This document shows, in pieces, positions 19,860 through 28,179 of a DNA stretch of 54,822 bases. The notes below the pieces were generated by a model. The model made no database searches. It was not told the origin of the DNA and worked only from the letters and a program-made list of their open reading frames with translations. Where the stretch lies: assembly GCA_025359585.1 (NCBI GenBank), contig JANYFX010000435.1:1-54822 (forward strand). The letters are read 5' to 3'. How positions within the stretch are numbered: position 1 is the first letter of the stretch; each line of letters opens with the position of its first letter. Origin of the DNA: Rhizobacter sp. (GTDB lineage: Bacteria; Pseudomonadota; Gammaproteobacteria; Burkholderiales; Burkholderiaceae_C). The translations under genes were made by a program, and so were the position numbers.

Positions 19860-20639
19860 CTACAAGGGCCCGATGCGCGTGACCTCGGCCGGGTTGCCGA
19901 CCCAGACCGCGACCGCGCTGAAGTTGTCTTGATTGGCACGCTGGCGCTCGTGCACCAGGGTTTGCATGCCGTCGAGCCAGGCTTCGACGCTGCCGGCTTC
20001 GGCGAGGCAATGTTCGATGTCGGCTTCTTCGAGGCGGTCGTACCAGCCGTCTGAGCAGAGCAGAAAAGCGTCGCCGTCCTGCACCAGAAAACCGGGGTCG
20101 CTCACGTGCGGCTCGATCGGCTCGTCGGAGCCCATCGCAGCGATGAGCTGGTTGCGCTGCGAATGGCTGCGCGCTTCGTGGGGCGCGATCAGGCCGGCGT
20201 CGACCATGGTCTGCACCACACTGTCGTCGCGCGTGACCTGCGCGACGCGGCCCTGGCGCAGCAGGTACAGGCGCGAGTCGCCGACATGCGACCACACTGC
20301 CTGGCGGTTGTTCTTGCCGATCCAGAGCATGACCAGCGTGGCGTGCATGCGCTTCTGGCCGCGCAGGCCTTGCTGCTGCCGATTGAGCGCGTCGTTGGCG
20401 GTGTGCACGACTTCGTCGAGCGCGGGCTGGGCGCGGCCTTGTTTCGTGAGCTGGCTGCCGAGTTCGTGCGCCACCATGCGCACCACCAGATCGGCAGCGA
20501 CGGCCCCGTTGCTGTGCCCGCCAGCGCCATCGGAGAGCACGGCGTACCAGCCAGCGTCGAACGCACCGTGCTGAAGATAGTCTTCGTTGCGGCTGCGCGC
20601 GCCGACTTCACTGCGGCTGGCGATCACGACATCGGACAT
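19860..20639 (-). CDS. pppA: PP2C-family Ser/Thr phosphatase PppA
   Basis: R..NED, SDGAGGH, HVGDSRLY, T.DDS, LLCSDG, QDNFSA. Confidence 0.92.
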   Translation of the reverse strand: MSDVVIASRSEVGARSRNEDYLQHGAFDAGWYAVLSDGAGGHSNGAVAADLVVRMVAHELGSQLTKQGRAQPALDEVVHTANDALNRQQQGLRGQKRMHATLVMLWIGKNNRQAVWSHVGDSRLYLLRQGRVAQVTRDDSVVQTMVDAGLIAPHEARSHSQRNQLIAAMGSDEPIEPHVSDPGFLVQDGDAFLLCSDGWYDRLEEADIEHCLAEAGSVEAWLDGMQTLVHERQRANQDNFSAVAVWVGNPAEVTRIGPL

Positions 20640-20679
20640 GGTGGTGCGGAGAAAAATCGAAGCGGCAAATTGAACGGAG

Positions 20680-22566
20680 TCAGCTGCGCGGTGGCGGCAA
20701 CTGGTCGAGCTGCTCTTCGTATGCCGTCACGAAAGCGGCACCGAAGAGGTTGTGGAAGTCGTCGTGCGCATCGTTGCGGATCGATTCGGAATGCTGCAGG
20801 TACAGGTCCCAGAGTTTGGCCTTGCGGCCACCCGGCATCAGGCTGTCGAGCATGCTTTTCCCCGCCAGCTTGCCTTCGAGCTGGCCCGGCTCGAAGCGTG
20901 CGAGCACGCCCGCCAGCGCGGCCCGCATGCCGGCCATCGTGCCGATGCTGTGCCCGACCAGATCGTGCATCGCGTCTTGCATGGCGACCGGGCCGGCCAT
21001 GAAGCCGCGCAGCGGTGGCTGCAGCAGCTGGCCGAGCGCCGCTTCTGCGCTCGGTGAAAACTTGAGCGGGTTGTTGTTGCGGGCGCGGATCGTGGTGACC
21101 GCGGCGCGCAGTTCGGTCTTGGCGGTGGCGCGCACGGCCATCAGGCGCAAGGTGCCCTCGACGGCCTCACGCATGATCACGCCGAGCACACGCATCTGCT
21201 CCGGGCCCAGGCCTTGGGCCAGCGGCACCTCGACGCCGGCGCCTTCGCAGAAGGCGGCCCACAAGGCATCGGGTGCATGGCTCGCGGTGCCCGGCGCGGC
21301 CGCGGCCGGCGCGCTCCTGGCAACCGGCGCTTGCACGACGGGCGCAGGCGCTCGCGCGGCAGCGGGTAGCACCGGCGCCATGAAAGCCGCGAGCGGGTCG
21401 CTCGACACCGCGGCGCCGAGCTCCAGCCCGGCGAAGGGATCGACCGCAGGGGGTGCGACCACCGGACTCGGCGGCACAACGGGCACGGCGGGCACAACCG
21501 CCGGCGCGGGCGGCACGTGCCGCACCGCAGGCCGCGTCTCGCTGGCGATCGGCGGCGGCTCGTAGGCGGCCTTCAGCTCGGGCGTGTGGTTGAACGCGGC
21601 CGGGCCGGGCTTGCCGGCTGCGGGGCTTTGGGCCCCGGCACCGCCGAACATCGCGAACGGGTCGGTGCTCGCGGAGCCCGAGCCGGCCATCGCTGCGACC
21701 GAGCCCGACACAGGTGCGCCGCCCATGAAAGCCGCGAGCGGGTCGGCCGACGAGGCGCTGGACGCCCCGCCGAGCCCGAAGCTCGCATCGAGCGACATCG
21801 CATTGCCAGCACTCGCACCGACCGATGCGAGCAGGTCGTTGGCCCCGACGGACGGCGGAAATGCCGCCGCCGGTGTGGCGGGCGCGGGCGGTGCGAGCAA
21901 ACCGGCGAACGGGTCGAAGTCGTCGGGCAGGCGCGCCGGCGCGCCCGATGGCACAGGCGCAGCTGCTGGGGCGGCACTCGGTGCGCCGAGAAACGCGAAC
22001 GGATCGGCAGACGCCGCTGCCGAGGCGGCGGGTGCCGACGAGAGCAGGTCGGAAAACGGGTTGAGGCTGGCGCTGGGTGGCGCAGCGGCGGCCGGCGGTG
22101 GAACCATCGGCGACAGCGCGGGCGATGGCTTGCGCCCCTGCCCCATGTTGCGCGGATCGGTGCGGTTCTCGATCGCCGACCCGACGATGACCGCGCGCGC
22201 ATCGACCACGGCACGGCCTTGCGTGATCGTGCGCACGACCTCGTTTTCGGCCTCGACCGTGACGCCCAGTGCGTACCCGCCGATGCGCAATTCGTCGCCG
22301 CTGGCCAGCACGCTGCCTTCACCCGGCGCGAGGGCACGGCCGTTGATGAAGATCGCGTTGGCGGCGCCGGAGTTGCGAATCGAAAACGCACCGGCCCGGG
22401 CACTCACCTCGGCCTGAAGGCGCGAGATGTGGCGCTCGGGGTCGGGCAAGGCCATGGTGTTGGTGTCGGAGCGACCGATCGTGCCGCCCTTCAGATCGAA
22501 ACAGCCGACGATCGCCTGCGAAAGCGGCTGGTCGTTGAGCGTCTGGGCGCGGATGACGAGATTCAT
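20680..22566 (-). CDS. tagH: T6SS FHA-domain protein TagH/Fha
   Basis: FHA motifs TIGR, LPDPERHISR, N..FING; long Ala/Pro linker; C-terminal NNPLKFSP, GMRAAL..F.P, KAKLW..Y, FG..F..AYEEQ. Confidence 0.93.
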   Translation of the reverse strand: MNLVIRAQTLNDQPLSQAIVGCFDLKGGTIGRSDTNTMALPDPERHISRLQAEVSARAGAFSIRNSGAANAIFINGRALAPGEGSVLASGDELRIGGYALGVTVEAENEVVRTITQGRAVVDARAVIVGSAIENRTDPRNMGQGRKPSPALSPMVPPPAAAAPPSASLNPFSDLLSSAPAASAAASADPFAFLGAPSAAPAAAPVPSGAPARLPDDFDPFAGLLAPPAPATPAAAFPPSVGANDLLASVGASAGNAMSLDASFGLGGASSASSADPLAAFMGGAPVSGSVAAMAGSGSASTDPFAMFGGAGAQSPAAGKPGPAAFNHTPELKAAYEPPPIASETRPAVRHVPPAPAVVPAVPVVPPSPVVAPPAVDPFAGLELGAAVSSDPLAAFMAPVLPAAARAPAPVVQAPVARSAPAAAAPGTASHAPDALWAAFCEGAGVEVPLAQGLGPEQMRVLGVIMREAVEGTLRLMAVRATAKTELRAAVTTIRARNNNPLKFSPSAEAALGQLLQPPLRGFMAGPVAMQDAMHDLVGHSIGTMAGMRAALAGVLARFEPGQLEGKLAGKSMLDSLMPGGRKAKLWDLYLQHSESIRNDAHDDFHNLFGAAFVTAYEEQLDQLPPPRS

Positions 22567-22662
22567 GGTGCTGGGGCCGAAGGGGCGGTGGCTGCGGGAA
22601 CTCTCGTTCGCGGTGAAATGGGCAATATCGCCTTTATCGGTCAGTGGAGGCGAGCCGGCAAT

Positions 22663-22674
22663 CAACGAAAGTCA
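22663..22674 (-). promoter_or_regulatory. Degenerate TGAC-N4-GTCA box upstream of tagH
   Basis: CAAC-GAAA-GTCA. No TAnnnT at the 30.5 bp offset (GATAAA instead), so weaker than the other sites. Confidence 0.45.
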
Positions 22675-22757
22675 CATGCGCGCCAACCGCCTGCAAAGCT
22701 GCAATTGCTGCGTGAACTGTGGCCGCGGAGCGTGGCACAACGGGGGCGCCCGCCAAG

Positions 22758-23969
22758 TCAGTGAATCGGGGCCGGGGCCGACACCGGCCGCCCGGCCAAC
22801 GCGGCACGCGCGGCCACGTCCCACCGGGCTTCGAGGTCGAAAGAGGTCAGCGCCTCGCGCGACACCTCGCCGTCGACGCGGACCCCCTTGCACCAGCGCA
22901 GGCCGGCGGCCCACTCCGCAGCGTGGCGCTCCAGCAGGGCGCGCGCTTTCGGCACGTCGGGCATCCATACTTCGGGCGCCATTTCGCGGGTGAAATCGTC
23001 GGCATCTTCGGGCAGCGGCTGCAGCCTGCGCGCGCCGCGAATCTCGGCGCCGGTGATGCGCGCGAAGGCTTCGCCAGCGGCCACGGCCAGCGCCATGTCG
23101 TCGCCGCCCATCCAGTGCAGCAGCGCGTTCAGCGCCGACGGGTGGCCGAAACGGGCGAGCAGCGCGCAGCGCTCAACCACGTCGGGCATTTCGAGCGTTG
23201 CCTTTTGCAACAGGGCCACGTCTTCTTCTCCGCCCAGGACAGCGAGCCAGTGAAGCGCGGGTGTGTCGCCGCTGGCCGCGAGCTGGCGCAACAAGGGCAT
23301 CGCCCGAGCCTGGCCCGACCAGGCCGCTGCGGCCCAGCCGGCAGCGCGCACGGCGGGCGCCAGATGCATCAGGGCGTGGTTGAAGGGGCGCTTGGGAGCG
23401 CTCAGCGGCGTCGCCGCATCGGCCACCGTGGCAACGCGCCAGGCCAGCGCGCACACCGCAGCATCGGGGTCTTCGAGCAAACGCGCGAGGCGCGGCGACT
23501 GGCCGTCGAGCAGGCGGTGGTTCGCCAGCACCACCGCAGCGGCCACGGCGGTGACGGGTTTGGCCTGGTCGAGCGCCGACTGCATCTCGGCGGCGAACAA
23601 GGTGTCGGGCGCCAGGCTCAGCGCGTCGCGCAGCCCGGCCAGCGCAGGCCCAGCAGCCCGCGAGAACTCGACCACCACCGCATGCGTGGAGGCGGCTTCG
23701 GGGAGTCGCAGCAGCGCGTAGGCCGCAGCGAAAACCTCGTCGCGGTCAGCGCCGGCCAACTGCGGCTGCAGCCAGGCAACGAGGGCCTCGGGCGCGGCGA
23801 CGAGCAAACCCTGCACATGGGCCTCGATGCGCTCGTTCAGCTCGCCGTACTCGCGCAAGCTGTGCTTGCGCGAGCCGAGCGCCTCGCGGCGCTGCCCCCA
23901 AAGAAACGCCAGGTCTTCGACATGGACCTGCAGCAGGTCGGCGATGTGACGAACGCGTGCGCCGGCCAT
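22758..23969 (-). CDS. HEAT/ARM-repeat protein of vgrG-DUF2169 cassettes (TIGR02270-like)
   Basis: H.EDLAFLW.QR, ERIEAH..GL, AAGEAF.RITG, PD..K; helical Ala/Leu-rich; last gene of the cassette. Confidence 0.75.
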   Translation of the reverse strand: MAGARVRHIADLLQVHVEDLAFLWGQRREALGSRKHSLREYGELNERIEAHVQGLLVAAPEALVAWLQPQLAGADRDEVFAAAYALLRLPEAASTHAVVVEFSRAAGPALAGLRDALSLAPDTLFAAEMQSALDQAKPVTAVAAAVVLANHRLLDGQSPRLARLLEDPDAAVCALAWRVATVADAATPLSAPKRPFNHALMHLAPAVRAAGWAAAAWSGQARAMPLLRQLAASGDTPALHWLAVLGGEEDVALLQKATLEMPDVVERCALLARFGHPSALNALLHWMGGDDMALAVAAGEAFARITGAEIRGARRLQPLPEDADDFTREMAPEVWMPDVPKARALLERHAAEWAAGLRWCKGVRVDGEVSREALTSFDLEARWDVAARAALAGRPVSAPAPIH

Positions 23970-23993
23970 GTGCGAGCCCTCTTCGTGCGCCGG

Positions 23994-24446
23994 TCAGTTG
24001 ATCGAGACGGTGCCGGCGCGAATGCGCTGGGTGCCCTTGGCCCGCAGCAACACGTCTTCACCGCGCACCATCACCTTGCCGTCGGCACGCAGGTCGACCG
24101 AGGCTTCACCGCACTTGAGGGTGAGCGACTCGGTCGCTTCGAGCGTGAGGTGCGCCTGCGCGGCCGGTGCGCGGTACCGGCCGATGCGGCCCAGCACGAC
24201 AGCCTGCCCGACCTCGGACTCGGGCATGACGAGAACCGCATCGCCGGCCGCAAGAGGCTGTGCGCTGGTCAGGGCGTTTTCCAGCCAGTCGCATGCGCAC
24301 TCGTGGCCATCGGGCATTCGCACTCGCAAGACGCCGTCGTCCTGGACCGTGAGCAGTGTCGCGCGCACCGGCATCTGCGGCAGCGGCGCGGCGGCCGGCG
24401 CAAGCGGCTGAAGGTCGATGACGTTCGCGGTATTTCTCTTGTTCAT
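23994..24446 (-). CDS. Small OB-fold plus beta-strand tip protein (DUF6484-like, PA0096-like)
   Basis: GGAGGA RBS; GDAVLV..VVLGRI followed by LEA.ESLTLKCG.ASV.L.ADG.V.VRG..RI.AG.V.IN. Confidence 0.72.
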   Translation of the reverse strand: MNKRNTANVIDLQPLAPAAAPLPQMPVRATLLTVQDDGVLRVRMPDGHECACDWLENALTSAQPLAAGDAVLVMPESEVGQAVVLGRIGRYRAPAAQAHLTLEATESLTLKCGEASVDLRADGKVMVRGEDVLLRAKGTQRIRAGTVSIN

Positions 24447-24490
24447 GGATCGGTCCTCCGAAGGGGTTTGCAAACGGCTGCGCGCGTGAT

Positions 24491-24970
24491 TCAAGGTGCG
24501 GCTTGCCGGGCCCGAAAGCGCAGGATGCGCTCTGCCCGTTGGGCCTTGAAAAGGGCGGGCATGTCATCGAGCGGCAACTGGCTGTCGGGGTCGGGCACAC
24601 CGTGCCAGTGGCCGATGCGGCACATCTCGTCGAACACCGCTTGGTACTTGGCGACGGCCGCGTTGATTTGCAGCGGCGTGATCGCAGAGCGGTATTCGAT
24701 CGCCAGACGCCCCAGCTCGTTTTCGAGCTGATCGAGAATCTGCGCGCGCCGGGCAAGGTAGTCGCTCGGCATGAGGGCGTCCGGCAGCTCGTGCTCTTCG
24801 CCCGCGGCACCGGCCCAGCCGGCAGCGATGAAACGCAGCAGCGCAGCGAGGTACGCGTTTCGCACGAGCTCCTTGCGCGCCGTGTCTTGCGCGGTGTCGG
24901 CCAGGCGGTACTGCTGCGCGAGCGGGGCGATTTCGGCGAGCATGGCCGGGGCTGCTTCGAAATTTGTCAT
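24491..24970 (-). CDS. Putative cytoplasmic immunity protein with two internal repeats
   Basis: ATGA overlap with the upstream effector candidate; duplicated LA..YR..Y.A..W.G..LP...MP unit; no signal peptide. Confidence 0.65.
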   Translation of the reverse strand: MTNFEAAPAMLAEIAPLAQQYRLADTAQDTARKELVRNAYLAALLRFIAAGWAGAAGEEHELPDALMPSDYLARRAQILDQLENELGRLAIEYRSAITPLQINAAVAKYQAVFDEMCRIGHWHGVPDPDSQLPLDDMPALFKAQRAERILRFRARQAAP

Positions 24971-25620
24971 TCCTCACACACTCCCATCTTTCGCGGCGAC
25001 TCGGTCTTGCCCATGGCTTCGACATACGCTTTCATGACGCCGGACCCCTCCGGGATGAACACGCCGAGTTTCCTGGGCCACGTGGCGCAGTTGCAATCGC
25101 CGCCGCGCCCCGGAAAACTGTAGTGGAACTCGCTCTTGCCTTTTTCGGCGTCGAAGCGCTGCTTGATCTCGTTGAACTTCGACTCCGGGTAGACGAGCTC
25201 CAGCTTCACCACCGCCAGGCCGCGCGATTTGGCCGCTGAAAAGACCGACGTGTCGTCGGTGACGGCACCGGGATATGGCTTGCTCGATCCCTGGTTCTTC
25301 TTCAGATTTTCGATCACCTGCCAGCTCGGCTCCGTGCCCGTGTCGGGGTTGAAAGCGTAGATCGGCGAATCGGCCTCGAACGAGATGCCGACATGCCCCG
25401 TGTAGAGCAGGCAGTCCTGGCCGCTGGGGCCTGGGCCGGTACCGGTTCTGCCGTCTTCCAGCTTGGCGTCGAACTCGTCCATGGCGTCTCGCGAACGGTC
25501 GCCGCGGAACGCGTGGATGTAGATGCGTTTGCACTTGTCCTTCTTCTTGTCTTCGTCGCCCTTGGCGACCTCGATCTCCGAAACAACCCCAACCGCCACG
25601 CCTTCGCCGAGCTGGGTCAT
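24967..25620 (-). CDS. Putative T6SS effector, permuted papain-like (His-before-Cys) fold
   Basis: GGGAG RBS before ATG 25620; GHVGISF and YSF..CNCATW motifs; occupies the toxin slot after DUF4150. Confidence 0.65.
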   Translation of the reverse strand: MTQLGEGVAVGVVSEIEVAKGDEDKKKDKCKRIYIHAFRGDRSRDAMDEFDAKLEDGRTGTGPGPSGQDCLLYTGHVGISFEADSPIYAFNPDTGTEPSWQVIENLKKNQGSSKPYPGAVTDDTSVFSAAKSRGLAVVKLELVYPESKFNEIKQRFDAEKGKSEFHYSFPGRGGDCNCATWPRKLGVFIPEGSGVMKAYVEAMGKTESPRKMGVCEE

Positions 25621-25651
25621 GTGCCGGCTCCCGAGGATCGGTGGCGGCCCA

Positions 25652-26032
25652 TCAACCGCAGATGTTCTTCTTGTTGTGCCACAGCGGGTCACCCATGCGG
25701 CACACGTTCTTGCCTTCGAGCATCACGTTGAAGGAGTACATCAGGTACTCGCATTCCTGCTTGAACACACCGCTCAACATGCCCCCGATGCTGCCGGCTT
25801 CGTCGCCAGCGCTCATCATGTATTTGGCGCCCTTGACCATGACCATGTTGCCGTCGGCTTCGACCTTGCTCGTGCCCTGCGAGGTGTCGGACGACTTGCC
25901 GATGTTGGGGTACGGGATCGGCACGAAAGGTGCCGGCGGCGCCGGCGTCTTGCACACGTCGGGGAAGACCATGCTCATGCCGCCACTGCCCTTGTGGGCG
26001 AAGCCGGTGATGTTGTGGACGGTGCAAGGCAT
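25652..26032 (-). CDS. Stand-alone PAAR-like protein (DUF4150)
   Basis: FPDVCKTP.PP.P.VPIPYPN, S.GDEAG..GG..SG, S..V..EGKNV.R..D...N..N; AAGGA RBS. Confidence 0.9.
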   Translation of the reverse strand: MPCTVHNITGFAHKGSGGMSMVFPDVCKTPAPPAPFVPIPYPNIGKSSDTSQGTSKVEADGNMVMVKGAKYMMSAGDEAGSIGGMLSGVFKQECEYLMYSFNVMLEGKNVCRMGDPLWHNKKNICG

Positions 26033-26052
26033 GGTGCGTTCCTTCTGAACTT

Positions 26053-27120
26053 TCACTGAAGGCGGTCGAGCAGCGAGGCCGCCCGGTCGCCGTAATCGGA
26101 CGATGCGAACACCAGACACGGCGCCTGCCGGTAACCCTGCTGCACGCCGTGAGCGGCCAACGCCGCGAGGGCAGGGCCCTGCGCCGAACCCATGTCGCCG
26201 AAACACTCGGCCGGGTGTTCCATCGCGTGCTCGGGCGCGAACGCGTCCGAGTGGCGCAGCCGCGCCACACCGTACTCGCGCGCCCAGTAACGCTCGCCGT
26301 TGAAGCTGCTGTAGACGCTGCCGATGGGTTGCGGCGGCCGCGCCTCGGTGAGCAGGCTCGCGAACGTTCCGGCCAGGCCTTCGCCGAGGTAGCTTTCTTC
26401 GGAATAAAGGTGCCCCGGCTCGTGCCCGTGGGCACACCCCAGCACCCGGGCCAGCGGCTTCAGGCCGTGCGACTCGGCGGTCGATGCCAGCGACAGCAGC
26501 AGAAAGGCCGCGCCTTCCGACGGGCTGAAACCGTCGCTGTTGATGTCGTTGCGGATACGCCCCTGCAAATCCAGCGCGCCCAGCACCTGGAGATCGACGA
26601 GGCAATCGACACCGCCCACCAGCACGAAGGGGCTGTCGCCGCGCACGAGCCGCGCCGCCGCCTCGCGCAAGGCCATCAAGCCACCGGCACGGCCGCGCGA
26701 CACGGCCACGCTGCGTTCGATGTCGAGCAGGCCGGGCGCCTGCAGCCCCAGGCGTGCGAGAAATTCTCGGGGCTGCAGCGGCGCGCTCGTGTGCTGTTCC
26801 GACAAGCCGAGCAACAGTGGGATCGGCGCCGCCTTGCTTTGCAGCGGCGCCAGCGCTTCTTCGAGCGCCACATGCGCCAAGCGCAACATGCGGGCTTCGC
26901 GGTATTGAAGCGGTGGTTCCGCCAGCGCGGCCGCGAGTTCCGGCAAGCCTGCATCGGGCACGGTCCCGACGACAAAGGGCTCGGCGCGCCGGTCGCACCA
27001 TTCGATCTCGCGGATGCGCGACACCCGCGCGCGCGCCGACGCCGCCGTCTCGGCCAGGCTCAAACCAATCGGCGTCACGACGCCGGCGCTGGCGATCACG
27101 ATGTCGGGCTGTGCGCTCAT
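26053..27120 (-). CDS. Thiolase/ketoacyl-synthase-like T6SS accessory protein (PA0098-like)
   Basis: GVVTPIGL, LVGGVD, GFSPSEGAAFLLL, NGERYWARE, HPAECFGD.G.A; GRAGG at the usual catalytic-Cys position. Confidence 0.8.
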   Translation of the reverse strand: MSAQPDIVIASAGVVTPIGLSLAETAASARARVSRIREIEWCDRRAEPFVVGTVPDAGLPELAAALAEPPLQYREARMLRLAHVALEEALAPLQSKAAPIPLLLGLSEQHTSAPLQPREFLARLGLQAPGLLDIERSVAVSRGRAGGLMALREAAARLVRGDSPFVLVGGVDCLVDLQVLGALDLQGRIRNDINSDGFSPSEGAAFLLLSLASTAESHGLKPLARVLGCAHGHEPGHLYSEESYLGEGLAGTFASLLTEARPPQPIGSVYSSFNGERYWAREYGVARLRHSDAFAPEHAMEHPAECFGDMGSAQGPALAALAAHGVQQGYRQAPCLVFASSDYGDRAASLLDRLQ

Positions 27121-27124
27121 CGCA

Positions 27125-28177
27125 TCAGGCCGCGCGGGCATGGGCCGGTGGCACGTTGGCGTCGTCATGCCCGAAGACCGTGCTGCGCACCGTCAGTTGC
27201 CGCAGCCTGAGGAGTTTCTTGTCGACCGCCAGCACCGCGCGCCACAACATCTGGAAGCGCCCGGCATCGGGCTCGAACAACACCATCTCGAGCTGCGGTG
27301 CCACGGCCACGGGCGTGCCGTCGAAGTCGAACGCCAGCTCCAGGCCGCAGCGCGGCAGCTCGAAGCGGATCGGCGCGCCGGCCGTGAACCCGGCAAGTTC
27401 GACCGCTTCGCCACCTTGCAGGAAACCGGGTGCGATCAACTCGGGTGGCGCGACCTGGAAGAAACGCGCGTCGAAGTCGAGCGGCAGGTACGGCGCACGC
27501 TTGCGCGCCCAGGCGTCGTCGTAGGTTCCGGCATGGCTGCGGCGTGGCAGCCAGGTCGGCGCGATCGGCGCGAAGCAGGCCGGCGTGGGCCGGTCTTTGG
27601 GATCGTTCACCAGCGCTTTCGGATCTTCGAGGTTGGGCATCGGCTGGCCGTCTGCCGGCACGCCGTCGTGGCCGACGAGGCCCCGGCCCACCGGGTTGCG
27701 CGGCTCGTGCTCGGGCAGCGCCTGCCCGACCTGCGGCGCAACGCCGCCCCACGCCAGCTCCCAGCGCAGCGGCATGCGCTCCCAGGTTTGCGGCAGCGAG
27801 GGCCGCCATTTGCCGCCCGACTTTTCCCAATGGCGATCGCCGAAAACACGCACCGTTCGCGCGACCGGGCCGACCCGCAGGCTCACGTCGGCGACACGCG
27901 TGTCGGGCACCGGCGCAATGGCGCGACCGATCAGCAACACGTCGGTGGCGGTCTTGAGCAAACCGAACTCACCGACCGCCCGCAGGCTGGTCGACATCGG
28001 GTCGCCCCAGAACACATCGGCCGCGAGCAAGGGCGCCTGCGCTTCGGCCAGCTCGGGGCCTTGCGCACCGAAACGAAAACTGGCCTTGACCACCGCATAA
28101 GCGCTCTCGACGCCCGCCGTGTCGGGGAACACCGAAAGCGCAGCGCTGAACGGCGTGTGGTTGGCGACCTGCAGCAT
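27125..28177 (-). CDS. DUF2169 T6SS adaptor/chaperone
   Basis: N.TPF, VVKASF, K.ATDVL..G.A, VFGDR.W, PL.WE.AWGG, NPVGRG, PNLE, W.PR...AGTYD..W, LP.DFD.RFFQ.AP. Confidence 0.92.
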   Translation of the reverse strand: MLQVANHTPFSAALSVFPDTAGVESAYAVVKASFRFGAQGPELAEAQAPLLAADVFWGDPMSTSLRAVGEFGLLKTATDVLLIGRAIAPVPDTRVADVSLRVGPVARTVRVFGDRHWEKSGGKWRPSLPQTWERMPLRWELAWGGVAPQVGQALPEHEPRNPVGRGLVGHDGVPADGQPMPNLEDPKALVNDPKDRPTPACFAPIAPTWLPRRSHAGTYDDAWARKRAPYLPLDFDARFFQVAPPELIAPGFLQGGEAVELAGFTAGAPIRFELPRCGLELAFDFDGTPVAVAPQLEMVLFEPDAGRFQMLWRAVLAVDKKLLRLRQLTVRSTVFGHDDANVPPAHARAA

Positions 28178-28179
28178 GC

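Noticed and set aside
22733-22747. Sigma54 promoter (TGGCAC...GC)
   Set aside because: Lacks the TT of TTGC and points along the plus strand, where no credible gene follows.
25652-27001. 449-aa DUF4150 fusion as given in the ORF track; likewise N-terminal extensions of tssK, tssM, tssF, tssC, the lysozyme and its partner
   Set aside because: The extensions overlap real upstream genes in other frames; internal ATGs with RBS or stop/start overlaps give the likely starts.
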